64,000 nt of DNA from an uncultured Gemmatimonadales bacterium (GTDB lineage: Bacteria; Gemmatimonadota; Gemmatimonadetes; Longimicrobiales; RSA9): assembly GCA_963798845.1 (NCBI GenBank), contig CAWCUS010000005.1:288001-352000 (forward strand). The letters run 5' to 3'. This document shows positions 8,755 to 19,410 of the stretch, one piece after another. Position 1 is the stretch's first letter; every line of letters begins with the position of its first letter. The translations under genes and the position numbers were made by a program. The notes under the pieces are model-generated. The model ran no database searches. It worked only from the letters and a program-made list of their open reading frames with translations, and was not told the origin of the DNA.

Positions 8755-10743
8755 ATGCGTTCAAGCGCAGTTCTACCCGTGTGGGCTCGACCGGGGCTCG
8801 CCGCGGGTCCAGTGCTCGCCCTGTTCCTTCTTGCCGGCTGCGATGCCGGCGGACCCGCGAGCCTGATCTCCGCCGAAACGCCGAGCGCGGAGATCGTCGA
8901 TGGCGCGCACGGCGGGAGCTACGGCGGTTTCCTGTTCCTGCCGCCGATGGTCGCGAACCCGGACCTGAGCGGACAGACGCCGATCGGGGGCCTGGCCCCG
9001 CGCGTGGAGGTCTGCGTCGTGGACATGAGCGCGCAGCCGTGGGAGTGCGACGGTGCTTCAGTTCTGACGTTCGGGCCTGCGCAGATCGCGTACGTGAGCG
9101 ATCACTATCAGGTCGACTGGGACACGCAGAACCCGTTTCCCGTGGAGCCGACGTCGACGGGCGATACGACCACGTATAGGCTGACCGTATTTCTGGGATC
9201 GGTGGCGCTGGGCCACGTGGACCTGCAGTTCGGGAGCAACGGGGGGTCGGCGAAGAACCTGAGCACCTCCGACGTGGTGGGGTTGAAGGACGGCCGTACC
9301 ATGCCGGTGAAGTTCTTCCTCGGCACCGAGCTCTACGACGACATCTGCGGCGACGGGAACGACTGCAAGCTGGCCACTGCATACCCGGGGCAGGACAACC
9401 TGATCGTGACGCGGGATGGCGACGCGCTCCTCTACATCCCCGAGGGCGCGCTGCCGCCGGGCGGGCCGTACCACGTGACGATCGAAGAGAAGGCCTGCAC
9501 GCTCAACTTCCCGGCGGACCTGCCGCAGGGATCCTATCTCCCGGAGTACAACTCGTGCTACGAGTACACGATCGATGAGGACCCGACGCTGCTCGCGCCG
9601 TTGACGGTTGGCCAGTGCCGGGCAGACACGACGGAGATCCCGGCGGGTCACGAGGACGAGGTCCAGCTCGGGGCGCACCACACGGACCCGCCGGCGGGGG
9701 TTCCCGAGTACGAGCTGCTCCCGAACACCGATCTGCCGGCGGCGCTGAGCTGCGATGACTACACGCCGCCCGGCACGCAGATCAGCTTCCTGAGACGCGG
9801 GATCCGCGGCGTTCGGGACTTCTTCCTGGGCGAGCCGGCGTACGCGGGGCACCTGGGGCTGGGAGGGAGCGTCCGCGACCTGTCCACGATCAAGTGGGTG
9901 GACCCGGGTCTGCGGGTGGCGGGCTACACGACGGCCCGGGGTGGATTCGTCGGGGTCCGGTCCGTTGCGCTGGCCGACGCCATGAGCGTGCTCGTGGGGC
10001 AGTACGGCTATGTCTGGCGCGACACGGCCTCGACGCTGAGCTCGTCGCTCTTCGACCCGGACGTGGACGTGGCGCTGCTGGGCACGGGCGCCTCGAACGG
10101 GTCGACGATCTCGGCCCTGAGCTCGGCTGAACAGAGTGCCCTGCACGACTTCGTGGCGAACGGCGGCTGCGCGATCCTGCTGCCGGACAACGACACGTTC
10201 GGCGGGACCGGTACGGACGCGGTGAACGAGAGCCTGATCGACCCGTTCGGCCTGGATATCACAGGAACGCTCAACAATCAGCGGACGGCGACCACGAGCG
10301 GCAACCTAGCGGTCGTCAGCGGCGTCCCGAGCTTCCTCCAGAACTACCCCGGGTGGTTCGATGGGACCGGTGCTGGAACGCCGTTCGCCAGCAACGACGG
10401 CGGGGTGGCCGCGCTGGAGATCGAGCCTGGCGTGATCGGCACAGGCTCGGGCCCCGTGTTCGCCTTCAGTGACGTGAACCAGTTCTTCGGCGGCAACGCT
10501 GCCGGGTTGATCGGCAACCTCAGCAATCAGAAGCTGCTCCTGAACTCGGTCGCCGCCTGCGGCACCGAGCCGGCACCGCCTCCCCCCCGCCGGTCGATTG
10601 ATGATTGGCCGCGGACAGGCCCGGGCGTCGTCGCGCCCGGGCCGCCGCGCTCGGAGAAGGGGGAAGCTCCCGTGCGGCTTCCCGGCACACTCCGCCGGGG
10701 AGCCGCCACGGGCATTCGGCGGGGGGTCCTGCCGGACCTGTGA
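8755..10743 (+). CDS. Large multidomain lipoprotein (Cys-rich N-terminal part with ZU5-like segment; C-terminal GldG/IFT52/class I GATase-like domain); true stop possibly near 10591
   Basis: Lipobox LLAGC; FLFLPPMV; LYIPEGALP; LSSAEQSALHDFVANGGCAILLPD; strong coding-like codon usage to about 10580. Confidence 0.65.
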   Translation: MRSSAVLPVWARPGLAAGPVLALFLLAGCDAGGPASLISAETPSAEIVDGAHGGSYGGFLFLPPMVANPDLSGQTPIGGLAPRVEVCVVDMSAQPWECDGASVLTFGPAQIAYVSDHYQVDWDTQNPFPVEPTSTGDTTTYRLTVFLGSVALGHVDLQFGSNGGSAKNLSTSDVVGLKDGRTMPVKFFLGTELYDDICGDGNDCKLATAYPGQDNLIVTRDGDALLYIPEGALPPGGPYHVTIEEKACTLNFPADLPQGSYLPEYNSCYEYTIDEDPTLLAPLTVGQCRADTTEIPAGHEDEVQLGAHHTDPPAGVPEYELLPNTDLPAALSCDDYTPPGTQISFLRRGIRGVRDFFLGEPAYAGHLGLGGSVRDLSTIKWVDPGLRVAGYTTARGGFVGVRSVALADAMSVLVGQYGYVWRDTASTLSSSLFDPDVDVALLGTGASNGSTISALSSAEQSALHDFVANGGCAILLPDNDTFGGTGTDAVNESLIDPFGLDITGTLNNQRTATTSGNLAVVSGVPSFLQNYPGWFDGTGAGTPFASNDGGVAALEIEPGVIGTGSGPVFAFSDVNQFFGGNAAGLIGNLSNQKLLLNSVAACGTEPAPPPPRRSIDDWPRTGPGVVAPGPPRSEKGEAPVRLPGTLRRGAATGIRRGVLPDL

Positions 10744-10761
10744 GCAGGAAGGGAAGCATCG

Positions 10762-12633
10762 ATGAGCACGATCCGCGAGCTGAAGCAGCGCCGATTCGTC
10801 CAGATCCTCCTCGGCTACCTGGCGGCCGGGTGGGTGGTCATCGAAGCGGTGGACCAGCTGGTCCAGAACGACCTGCTCCCCGGGCTGGTCTACCGGATCG
10901 CGCTGCTCTGGTTCGTGGTGGGAATTCCGGCCGCCGGGATCATCGCGTGGTTCCACGGCGAGCAGGGGCACCAGAAAGCGCCCCGGCGGGAGCTGGCGCT
11001 GCTCGCCCTGATCGTCCTCGGGCTGTTCGGGTTCACGGCCCGGACGGTGAACGGGCACATGGAGCTGGAGCGGGCCAGGGTCGGGGCGGAGGAGGCGGGG
11101 CTCGCGCCCAGCCGCATCGCGGTGCTGTACTTCACCGACCGCACGAGTGACGGCGAGCTCGGGTCGCTGGCCGACGCGTTCACCGAGGACCTGATCCGCG
11201 AGCTCTCCCGGGTCCCGGACCTGGACGTGGTGAGCGCGAACGGTGTGCGGCCGTACCGTGGCGAGGAGGACCCCGACGTGGTGGCCGTGGCCGACACGCT
11301 GAAGGCCGGGACGGTGGTGGAAGGGTCGATCGGCAAGGGGAAGGACGGTGTCGCCGTGGACCTCGCGCTGGTTGACGGCGGAAGCGGCGCAGTCTTCCGG
11401 CGAGCCAGCCTGGAAGTCCCGATCCCGGTCTACGTCGAGGGCGGGACGCGGCTGGCGCGCGAGGCCGCCCGGATGCTCCGCGAGCGCCTCGGGGAGGAAG
11501 TCACGCTGAGAGAGACGCGCAGCGAGACCGACAACACCACGGCGTGGAGTCGGCTGCAGCAGGGCAAGCGGGCGATGAAGGACGCCGAGGACGCGCTGGA
11601 CGCGGACGACCCGGACCGCGCCGACGCCCTGTACCAGCAGGCCGATTCGCTCCTCGCCGTCGCAGCGACGCTGGACACCGTGTGGGCCAGGCCCATGGCG
11701 CTCCGGTCAGAAGTCGCGTATCGCCGGGCGAGGATCCCGGCGCAGCTGTCTGCGGGCCTGCCTCAGACGCTGGCGGCGATCCGCTACGGCGACGAGGCGG
11801 TCTCGCGCGATCCCACGAGCGGAGCGGCGCTGGAGGCCCGCGGCACCGCGCGGTACTTTCGTGCCCTCACCGATCCGGATCTGGAGTCGGCGGTACGTGA
11901 CGCCCTGATCACATCGGCGCGGGAGGACCTCGAAGCGGCGGTGCAGCGCGACCCGCACCGGGCCTCCGCCTTCGCCATGCTCTCGCACCTGTACTACAAC
12001 GACCCGAGCGCGCCCGGTCTCACGGCCGTGCTCGTGGCGGCCAAGCGCGCGTACGAGGAGGACGCCTACCTGGAATCGGCGGCGAACGTGCTCTGGCGGA
12101 TCCACACGGCGGCGCTGGACATCGGCCAGTTCCCACCGGCCGTGGACGCTTGCCAGGAGGGCCAGCGGCGCTTCCCGGACGACTACCGCTTCCGCATCTG
12201 CGGCATCCGTCTCATGGCGTCGCCGGCGCTGGCAGCGGATCCCGATTCGGCGTGGCAGCTCGCCGCCGCGGCCGACTCCCTCACACCGGAGAGCGACCGG
12301 GAGTACTTCCACGTCGAGAACCGGCTCTTCATCGCCGCCGTCCTGCAGCGGGCCGGCCGCACCGACAGCGCACGGGCGGTGCTGGCCCGGGCGGCGCCGA
12401 AAGCCGACGACGCACGCATCGACCCGCACCGCGACCTGTGGCTGCGGGAGGCGATCGTCCGGAGCCGGCTGGGGGATACGCGGGAAGCCGTAGCGCTGGT
12501 GCGCAAGTACCTGGTCGCGAACCCCGGCCACCACTTCGACCAGAAGGACGGCCTGTCCTGGTGGTGGCGCGACCTGGAGCCCGTCCCCGCGTTCCGTCAG
12601 CTGCTGGCGCTGCAGAGCACCGAGGACCATTGA
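10762..12633 (+). CDS. Membrane protein with three N-terminal TM helices, TolB_N/FlgO-like domain and TPR-like helical repeats
   Basis: ELKQRRFVQILLGYLAAGW, IAWFHGEQG, RIAVLYF, DAFTEDLIRELS, VVEGSI. Confidence 0.8.
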   Translation: MSTIRELKQRRFVQILLGYLAAGWVVIEAVDQLVQNDLLPGLVYRIALLWFVVGIPAAGIIAWFHGEQGHQKAPRRELALLALIVLGLFGFTARTVNGHMELERARVGAEEAGLAPSRIAVLYFTDRTSDGELGSLADAFTEDLIRELSRVPDLDVVSANGVRPYRGEEDPDVVAVADTLKAGTVVEGSIGKGKDGVAVDLALVDGGSGAVFRRASLEVPIPVYVEGGTRLAREAARMLRERLGEEVTLRETRSETDNTTAWSRLQQGKRAMKDAEDALDADDPDRADALYQQADSLLAVAATLDTVWARPMALRSEVAYRRARIPAQLSAGLPQTLAAIRYGDEAVSRDPTSGAALEARGTARYFRALTDPDLESAVRDALITSAREDLEAAVQRDPHRASAFAMLSHLYYNDPSAPGLTAVLVAAKRAYEEDAYLESAANVLWRIHTAALDIGQFPPAVDACQEGQRRFPDDYRFRICGIRLMASPALAADPDSAWQLAAAADSLTPESDREYFHVENRLFIAAVLQRAGRTDSARAVLARAAPKADDARIDPHRDLWLREAIVRSRLGDTREAVALVRKYLVANPGHHFDQKDGLSWWWRDLEPVPAFRQLLALQSTEDH

Positions 12634-12716
12634 CGCAGGCACTTCCCGCAATCCACGGCGCCCGCGCGGCGACCGGTCACGGGCCGACCTCAATCCCATC
12701 GAAGGAGTCACAGGAA

Positions 12717-13211
12717 ATGGATCACCAGTCGAACGGTTCTTCCGCCCCCGCAGATTACCGGCGCGTGCGCGTGACGCTCCGCTACATCGAGATCCTGGAC
12801 AGCAAGGACGTGGACATCTACGGCGAGTTTCGCTTCCGCTTCCGCGCGGGTGTGCCGGAGCGAGACCTCCTGGTTGAGACCCGGATCCCGGAAGATCCGA
12901 AGGCCCACCTGTCGATCTCGGAGCACCCTGCGATGAACCGCGTCACGCTGAACAACGTGCTCTTCGAAGGCGAGATCGCAGCCGACGAGTCGCTGGTCGT
13001 GGAGGCGGAAGGCGAGGAGCTTGACCGGTTCAGCCCTAACGACCCGCTGACGCCCTACCGCCGGATGTTCGCGGCACCCATCGACGACGTGCTCGGCGAG
13101 CACGGGCCGTGGGACGAGGGCAGCGAAGACGACAAGGATCCCGAGCAGCTGGGCGACTGGCGCTTCGCCTACGCCATCGAAGCGGTGGACACGGCCCCCG
13201 CCACCAACTGA
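12717..13211 (+). CDS. Hypothetical acidic beta-rich protein, possibly C2-like
   Basis: AGGA upstream of ATG; coding-like codon usage; VRVTLRYIEILDSKD..GE and EELDRFSPNDPL. Confidence 0.65.
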   Translation: MDHQSNGSSAPADYRRVRVTLRYIEILDSKDVDIYGEFRFRFRAGVPERDLLVETRIPEDPKAHLSISEHPAMNRVTLNNVLFEGEIAADESLVVEAEGEELDRFSPNDPLTPYRRMFAAPIDDVLGEHGPWDEGSEDDKDPEQLGDWRFAYAIEAVDTAPATN

Positions 13212-13212
13212 T

Positions 13213-13253
13213 CCCGCCCCCCTCCCCCCTCCCCCCTCCCCCCTCCCCGCCCC
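13213..13253. repeat. (CCCCCCT)x4 tandem repeat between convergent genes
   Basis: Directly visible C-tract array. Confidence 0.85.
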
Positions 13254-13359
13254 GACCGCTTCACGCCCGGGAGGGCGGCGGCCGGACCCACCCGAGACGC
13301 GGCGGTGGGAGCGTTCCCCCTGGCGCTCCCCCCGCCGTCCCGCCTGCAGCGGCTTCCCG

Positions 13360-14859
<1,500 letters not shown>

Positions 14860-14903
14860 GCGTATCTCTCCGTACGTGTCGCGGCTCCCCGCCTCGTGCT
14901 CGT

Positions 14904-15938
14904 TCAGGCTGTCGTTCGCCGCGCCCAGGCGGTGAACAACAGCGGCCCCTTTCCCTTCGGATCCCCCGGGAGACGGTGCACGCGGGCTTCGCCGAATCCC
15001 GCCTCCTCCAGCCACGCCCTCATCTGCCCGGGTTCGAAGCCCTGCCAGACGTGACCCATCCGCTCCCGGTACTCCTCCCGCCCGTGCGCCATCATGTCCA
15101 CCACCAGCACCTGCCCGCCGCGCCGCACGACTCGCGCCGCCTCCGCCAGCGCAAGCTCGGGCCGCGGAAGGTAGTGCAGAACCAGTGACAGGATCGCCAC
15201 GTCCAGCTCCCCGTCCTCCAGCGGCAGCGCCTCCAGACGCCCGCGCCGCAGCTCGATCCGGCCTCCGCCCGGATACGGGCACGACCCGGATCCGACAGTG
15301 CCCGGCGCTCTCAGATCCTCTTCGCCCACTTCGCCCACTTCGCCCGCCGGAGCCGCAGATCCGTTGAGCCCGAACCGCGTGGCCGCCCCAGCCAGCATGT
15401 CCTCGGACTCGTCCACCCCGATCACCCGCCGCACGTACGGCGCCACCGCCGCCGCCAGCTGGCCGGTCCCGCACCCCAGGTCGCCCACCTCCCACGACGG
15501 ATCCAGAAGCGCCAGCAGCGCCGGCAGCTCCGGTCTGCCGCCAAACAGCTCTGCCCGCACTTCATCCCAGTGCCCGGCCGCCGACGCGAAGAACTCCTGC
15601 GAGCGCGTGCGGCGCCGCGCGACGACATCCAGCGTCCGTTCCCGATCCTGCGCCGCTTCCGGCGACTCCGCCACCGCCGGCCGCACCACGTCCCACAGCT
15701 TCGCCGCGTCCGGCACAAGCTGCGACGAGAGCCGATAATAGCGGCTCGTCCCCTCCGAGCGCGTCGCCAGCCATCCCTCGTCGGAAAGGATCCGCAGGTG
15801 TCGGCTCACCGTCGACTGCGGCAGCTGAACCACGCCGACGAGCTCGGACACGGAGAGCTCGCTCGCCTCCAGGACGAGGAGGATCCTGCCCCGAGCCGGG
15901 TCGGCGAGAGAAGCGAGGCGGCGGAGGGTATGATTCAT
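14904..15938 (-). CDS. sahR: ArsR-HTH plus SAM-methyltransferase-fold regulator (SahR-like)
   Basis: [50 protein letters not shown]; directly upstream of ahcY. Confidence 0.88.
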   Translation of the reverse strand: MNHTLRRLASLADPARGRILLVLEASELSVSELVGVVQLPQSTVSRHLRILSDEGWLATRSEGTSRYYRLSSQLVPDAAKLWDVVRPAVAESPEAAQDRERTLDVVARRRTRSQEFFASAAGHWDEVRAELFGGRPELPALLALLDPSWEVGDLGCGTGQLAAAVAPYVRRVIGVDESEDMLAGAATRFGLNGSAAPAGEVGEVGEEDLRAPGTVGSGSCPYPGGGRIELRRGRLEALPLEDGELDVAILSLVLHYLPRPELALAEAARVVRRGGQVLVVDMMAHGREEYRERMGHVWQGFEPGQMRAWLEEAGFGEARVHRLPGDPKGKGPLLFTAWARRTTA

Positions 15939-15939
15939 G

Positions 15940-15957
15940 TATCCGGATGGATAGATA
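15940..15957. promoter_or_regulatory. Candidate SahR operator (TATC-N10-GATA), overlapping a putative promoter with TTGACG on the minus strand at 15971-15976
   Basis: TATCCGGATGGATAGATA immediately 5' of the sahR ATG; AT-richer than surroundings. Confidence 0.55.
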
Positions 15958-16134
15958 AAGCAGCGGCGGACGTCAAGCCCTGGAGACGCGGCGCCGTCGA
16001 CCGTGACGGCTGGCCGTGGCCGGTGGATCGGTGGATGGTGCCCGGCGTATCGATTTCGGGGGTTCGGGCGTTAAGTTGGGGTAGCCTCGCGGGCAGACCG
16101 CGACGACCCTCCGGACCTGAACCGAGAGCGAGCC

Positions 16135-16512
16135 ATGCGGATGGTGGCGACGGCAATGCTGGCGGTAGCGATGACGACGGCGTGCGCTACGGCGGGTGGT
16201 GGCGGCCAGCGGACGACGCACAACCGGATCGTGTACGATGAGATCCAGAGGTCGGACCAGACGAACGCGCTGGACGTGATCAAGAGCATGCGGCCGCAAT
16301 GGCTGCGGACGCGGGGTCCGACGACGATCCTGGGGAGCGATCCTGTCATGCTGTACATCGACGGGATGCGGATGAACTACATCGACGAGCTCCAGACGAT
16401 CCCGCGCATGAACATCCAGGAGATCCGCTATTACCCGGCGTCGGAAGCGCAGGCGAAGTGGGGATTGAACCACACGAACGGCGCGATCGAGGTGATCACG
16501 AGACGCGGGTAG
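16135..16512 (+). CDS. Small lipoprotein resembling a stand-alone TonB-dependent receptor plug domain
   Basis: Lipobox TTAC; NALDVIKSMRPQWL, PVMLYIDG, IQEIRY, WG..HTNGAIEVIT. Confidence 0.82.
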   Translation: MRMVATAMLAVAMTTACATAGGGGQRTTHNRIVYDEIQRSDQTNALDVIKSMRPQWLRTRGPTTILGSDPVMLYIDGMRMNYIDELQTIPRMNIQEIRYYPASEAQAKWGLNHTNGAIEVITRRG

Positions 16513-16564
16513 GTTCGGCGGTTTCCCGGTCCCCGGGCGCCGGGACAGCGGGAGTGAGAACGGC

Positions 16565-16596
16565 GAAGGCCACGGGGGGACTCCCTCGTGGCCTTC
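16565..16596. terminator. Hairpin between convergent genes, probable bidirectional terminator
   Basis: GAAGGCCACGGGGG / CCCTCGTGGCCTTC inverted repeat. Confidence 0.65.
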
Positions 16597-16645
16597 ACCC
16601 TGTTCATGTGGTGGCGTCCTGCCGGCGGGACCAACCCGCCGGGCG

Positions 16646-18097
16646 TCAGTCCAGCCGTGCGAGCGTGGTCGTGACCATGCGCCAGAAGTCGGCCACCGAG
16701 GGGATTCGCACGCGCTCGTCGGGGGAGTGCGGGAATTCGATCTGGGGGCCAATGGAGACCATGTCCATCCCGGGCACCTTCTCCCCGATGATGCCGGTCT
16801 CGAGGCCGGCGTGGATGGCCTTCATCTCCGGCTCGCGGCCCAGGTCCTCGGTGTAGACCTCCTTGACGACCTGGAGCAGGTCTGACTTGAGGTTGGGCTT
16901 CCAGCCTGGGTACGGCTGCTCCTCCTCGACCTCTGCGCCGGCCAGATGGCCGATGGCGCGGATGCGCCCGCGCAGCGCCTCCAGCTCGGTCGCGACGGAA
17001 GAGCGGCTGCTCATGAGGACGCTCACGCTGCTCGCTTCGAGGCGGACCGTGGCCAGGTTCGTGCTGGTCTCGACCAGATCGGGGATGTCGTAGCTCATGG
17101 CCATGACGCCGTGGGGAAGCGCGTCCAGGAGGTGGATGGCCTCCCAGGCGCTGGACGTGTCGAGCACGTCGGCCGGCGCATCGGCGTCCTCGACGGTCAT
17201 GGCCATGTCCGGCTCCACGGGCGCGAACTGGGTGCGGATGGCATCGAAGGCGGTCCTCGCGCGGGAGCGGAAGCCATCCGCCTCCCCGGCGGGCAGCGCC
17301 ACGGTGGCGCCGGACTCCCGCGGGATCGCGTTGTGCTTGTTCCCGCCCTCGATTCCGGCGAGGTAGAGCGTGGTTCCTCGCCCGGCTTCGCTGAGAATGC
17401 GTGCGATGAGCCGCACGGCGTTGCCGCGCTGGAGGTGGATGTCCACGCCGGAGTGGCCGCCCTTGAGGCCGCGCAGCTGGATGCGCAGCGCGGTTGCCCC
17501 CTTCGGCGTGGCGGTCCGGGCCACGGGAAGGGTGAGGTGGCTGTCGCCGCCGCCCGCGCAGCCCACGTAGATGGCGCCCTCCTCCTCGGTGTCGAGGTTG
17601 AGGAGGCGTCGCCCCTGGAGGTCGGAGGCGTCGAGCCGTGCCGCGCCGGTGAGGCCGGTCTCCTCGTCGATGGTGAAGAGGAGCTCGAGAGGCGGATGGT
17701 CCAGGTCGTCCGCCTCCATGATGGCGAGCATCGTCGCCACGCCAATGCCGTTGTCGGAGCCCAGCGTGGTCCCCTTCGCGGTGAGATAGTCTCCGTCGCG
17801 CTCCGGGATGAGCGGGTCGGTGGAGAAGTCGTGCTGCACGTCGGAGTTCTTCTCGTTGACCATGTCCAGGTGGCTCTGGAGGATGGTGACTGCGACGTCT
17901 TCCTTACCCGGCGAGCCCGGCTTTCGGACCACCACGTTGCCGGCATCGTCGGTGCGGTGCTCGAGGCCGCTCCGCTCCGCCACCTCGATGACGTACGCGC
18001 GGATCTCGTCCTCTTCCTTCGAGCCGCGGGGGATGGTCAGGATCCTGTCGAAGTGCCGCCAGAGCGCCTGCGGCTCCAGCTCGGATACGAACGTCAT
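16646..18097 (-). CDS. pepD: Aminoacyl-histidine dipeptidase (M20C)
   Basis: LQSHLDMV, GTTLGSDNGIG, DEETGL, NLDTEE, GGHSG, HAGLETG, HSPDE. Confidence 0.95.
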   Translation of the reverse strand: MTFVSELEPQALWRHFDRILTIPRGSKEEDEIRAYVIEVAERSGLEHRTDDAGNVVVRKPGSPGKEDVAVTILQSHLDMVNEKNSDVQHDFSTDPLIPERDGDYLTAKGTTLGSDNGIGVATMLAIMEADDLDHPPLELLFTIDEETGLTGAARLDASDLQGRRLLNLDTEEEGAIYVGCAGGGDSHLTLPVARTATPKGATALRIQLRGLKGGHSGVDIHLQRGNAVRLIARILSEAGRGTTLYLAGIEGGNKHNAIPRESGATVALPAGEADGFRSRARTAFDAIRTQFAPVEPDMAMTVEDADAPADVLDTSSAWEAIHLLDALPHGVMAMSYDIPDLVETSTNLATVRLEASSVSVLMSSRSSVATELEALRGRIRAIGHLAGAEVEEEQPYPGWKPNLKSDLLQVVKEVYTEDLGREPEMKAIHAGLETGIIGEKVPGMDMVSIGPQIEFPHSPDERVRIPSVADFWRMVTTTLARLD

Positions 18098-18189
18098 TCG
18101 GTCTCCTCCGTTCCCGGGAGGTTCAATGGACTGTTCTCCACGTGCTGATTGTACGGCGATCTGCGGCCGCGCGCGACGCCCCGGGACAC

Positions 18190-19173
18190 TCAGCGCGCCA
18201 CGCTGTCCAGGAAAGGCATTACGGCCGCGCGAAAGGCGGCGGGGCGCTCCATGAACGGGAAGTGTCCGGCACCGGGAATGACGACGACGCGCCCGTCGGC
18301 GAGGGCGCCGGCAAGGGCCCGGCCGCCGATCCCGGCTCCGGGCTCATCGCCGCCGTAGACCACGAGCGTCGGGATGAGTACCGCGCGCAGCGAGTCCACG
18401 ACATCGAACGCCACGAGGTCGGGGAGCATGAAGCCGAACTGCCGGCTCCGCTCGGCGTAGTCGGGCTCGATGCGGAAGTGGAGGCGGTCGGCGAGAGCGG
18501 GGTCGTGCAGAGAGGCGCGGAACGAGTGCCGCAGCACTGCCTCGACCGCGGCCGGCTCCCGGGCCGCGAACGCGGGGGAGGCCCGGAGCGCGCCTGCGCC
18601 GGCGGTGTCTTCCGGCGTGAGCGCGGCCGCCTCCGCTGCCTGCTCCCGCCGCCAGAGCGCGGACGATGGCGGCAGGGGATCGAGGAGGACCATGGAGCGG
18701 ACGCGGTCCGGGTGCGCGAGCGCGTACTCCATGGCCAGCAGTCCGCCCCAGGAGTGGGCGATCAGGTGGACGCGTTCGAGCCCGAGGGCGGCGCGCAGCC
18801 CTTCGATGTCCTGGACGAACGTGGCCAGCCGCACGGAAGCGCTGTCGACCCTGCCTTCCGAGCGACCGCTCAGCCGCTGGTCGTAATACACCAGCTCCAG
18901 CCGGTCCTCCAGCGGCGCGAGCCACGGGACGAGGTAGCCGTGGTCGAGGACGGGTCCGCCGTGAATCACGATGGCGGGCTCGCCGTGGCCTGCCCGGTGC
19001 ACGAAAAGGCGAGTGCCGCCGATCGGGAGGAGCGTGTCGGACGTGGAGGCGAGACCTGAGCCGCTGTCCGCGGGCCGTTCGGCGCTGCACGCCGCGAGCA
19101 GCGGCAGGGTCACGACCAGGGCGGCCACGCAGCCCCACAACGCGCTCGAACCGGGAAGGAGTGGTGTCTTCAT
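18190..19173 (-). CDS. Alpha/beta hydrolase, proline iminopeptidase-like, lipoprotein
   Basis: LAAC lipobox; HGGP, YDQRLSGRS, AHSWGG, AGHFPF. Confidence 0.87.
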   Translation of the reverse strand: MKTPLLPGSSALWGCVAALVVTLPLLAACSAERPADSGSGLASTSDTLLPIGGTRLFVHRAGHGEPAIVIHGGPVLDHGYLVPWLAPLEDRLELVYYDQRLSGRSEGRVDSASVRLATFVQDIEGLRAALGLERVHLIAHSWGGLLAMEYALAHPDRVRSMVLLDPLPPSSALWRREQAAEAAALTPEDTAGAGALRASPAFAAREPAAVEAVLRHSFRASLHDPALADRLHFRIEPDYAERSRQFGFMLPDLVAFDVVDSLRAVLIPTLVVYGGDEPGAGIGGRALAGALADGRVVVIPGAGHFPFMERPAAFRAAVMPFLDSVAR

Positions 19174-19410
19174 GAAGCGAATATAGGAGCGGGTGGGCGG
19201 CTGCGCCGCTCCGGCGTCCGGTCAGGAACGCTCCGGCGTCCGCCCTCGCGTGGCCGTGGCCGGACCTCGGAAGTGATGGCGTCTCCTTGACATGGCCCCC
19301 CCGTTCGAATGATGTTGAGAAAGAAGAACACGGGGAGTCGCCGACGAAGGTGTCTCGGCGGCTCCCTTTGTCGTACCGCCGGCCGCGGCCGCTCGGAAGG
19401 CGACGCCACC

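Noticed and set aside
14860..14903. SAH or SAM riboswitch upstream of ahcY
   Set aside because: Only 44 nt separate sahR and ahcY and no aptamer consensus is recognisable; protein regulation explains the layout
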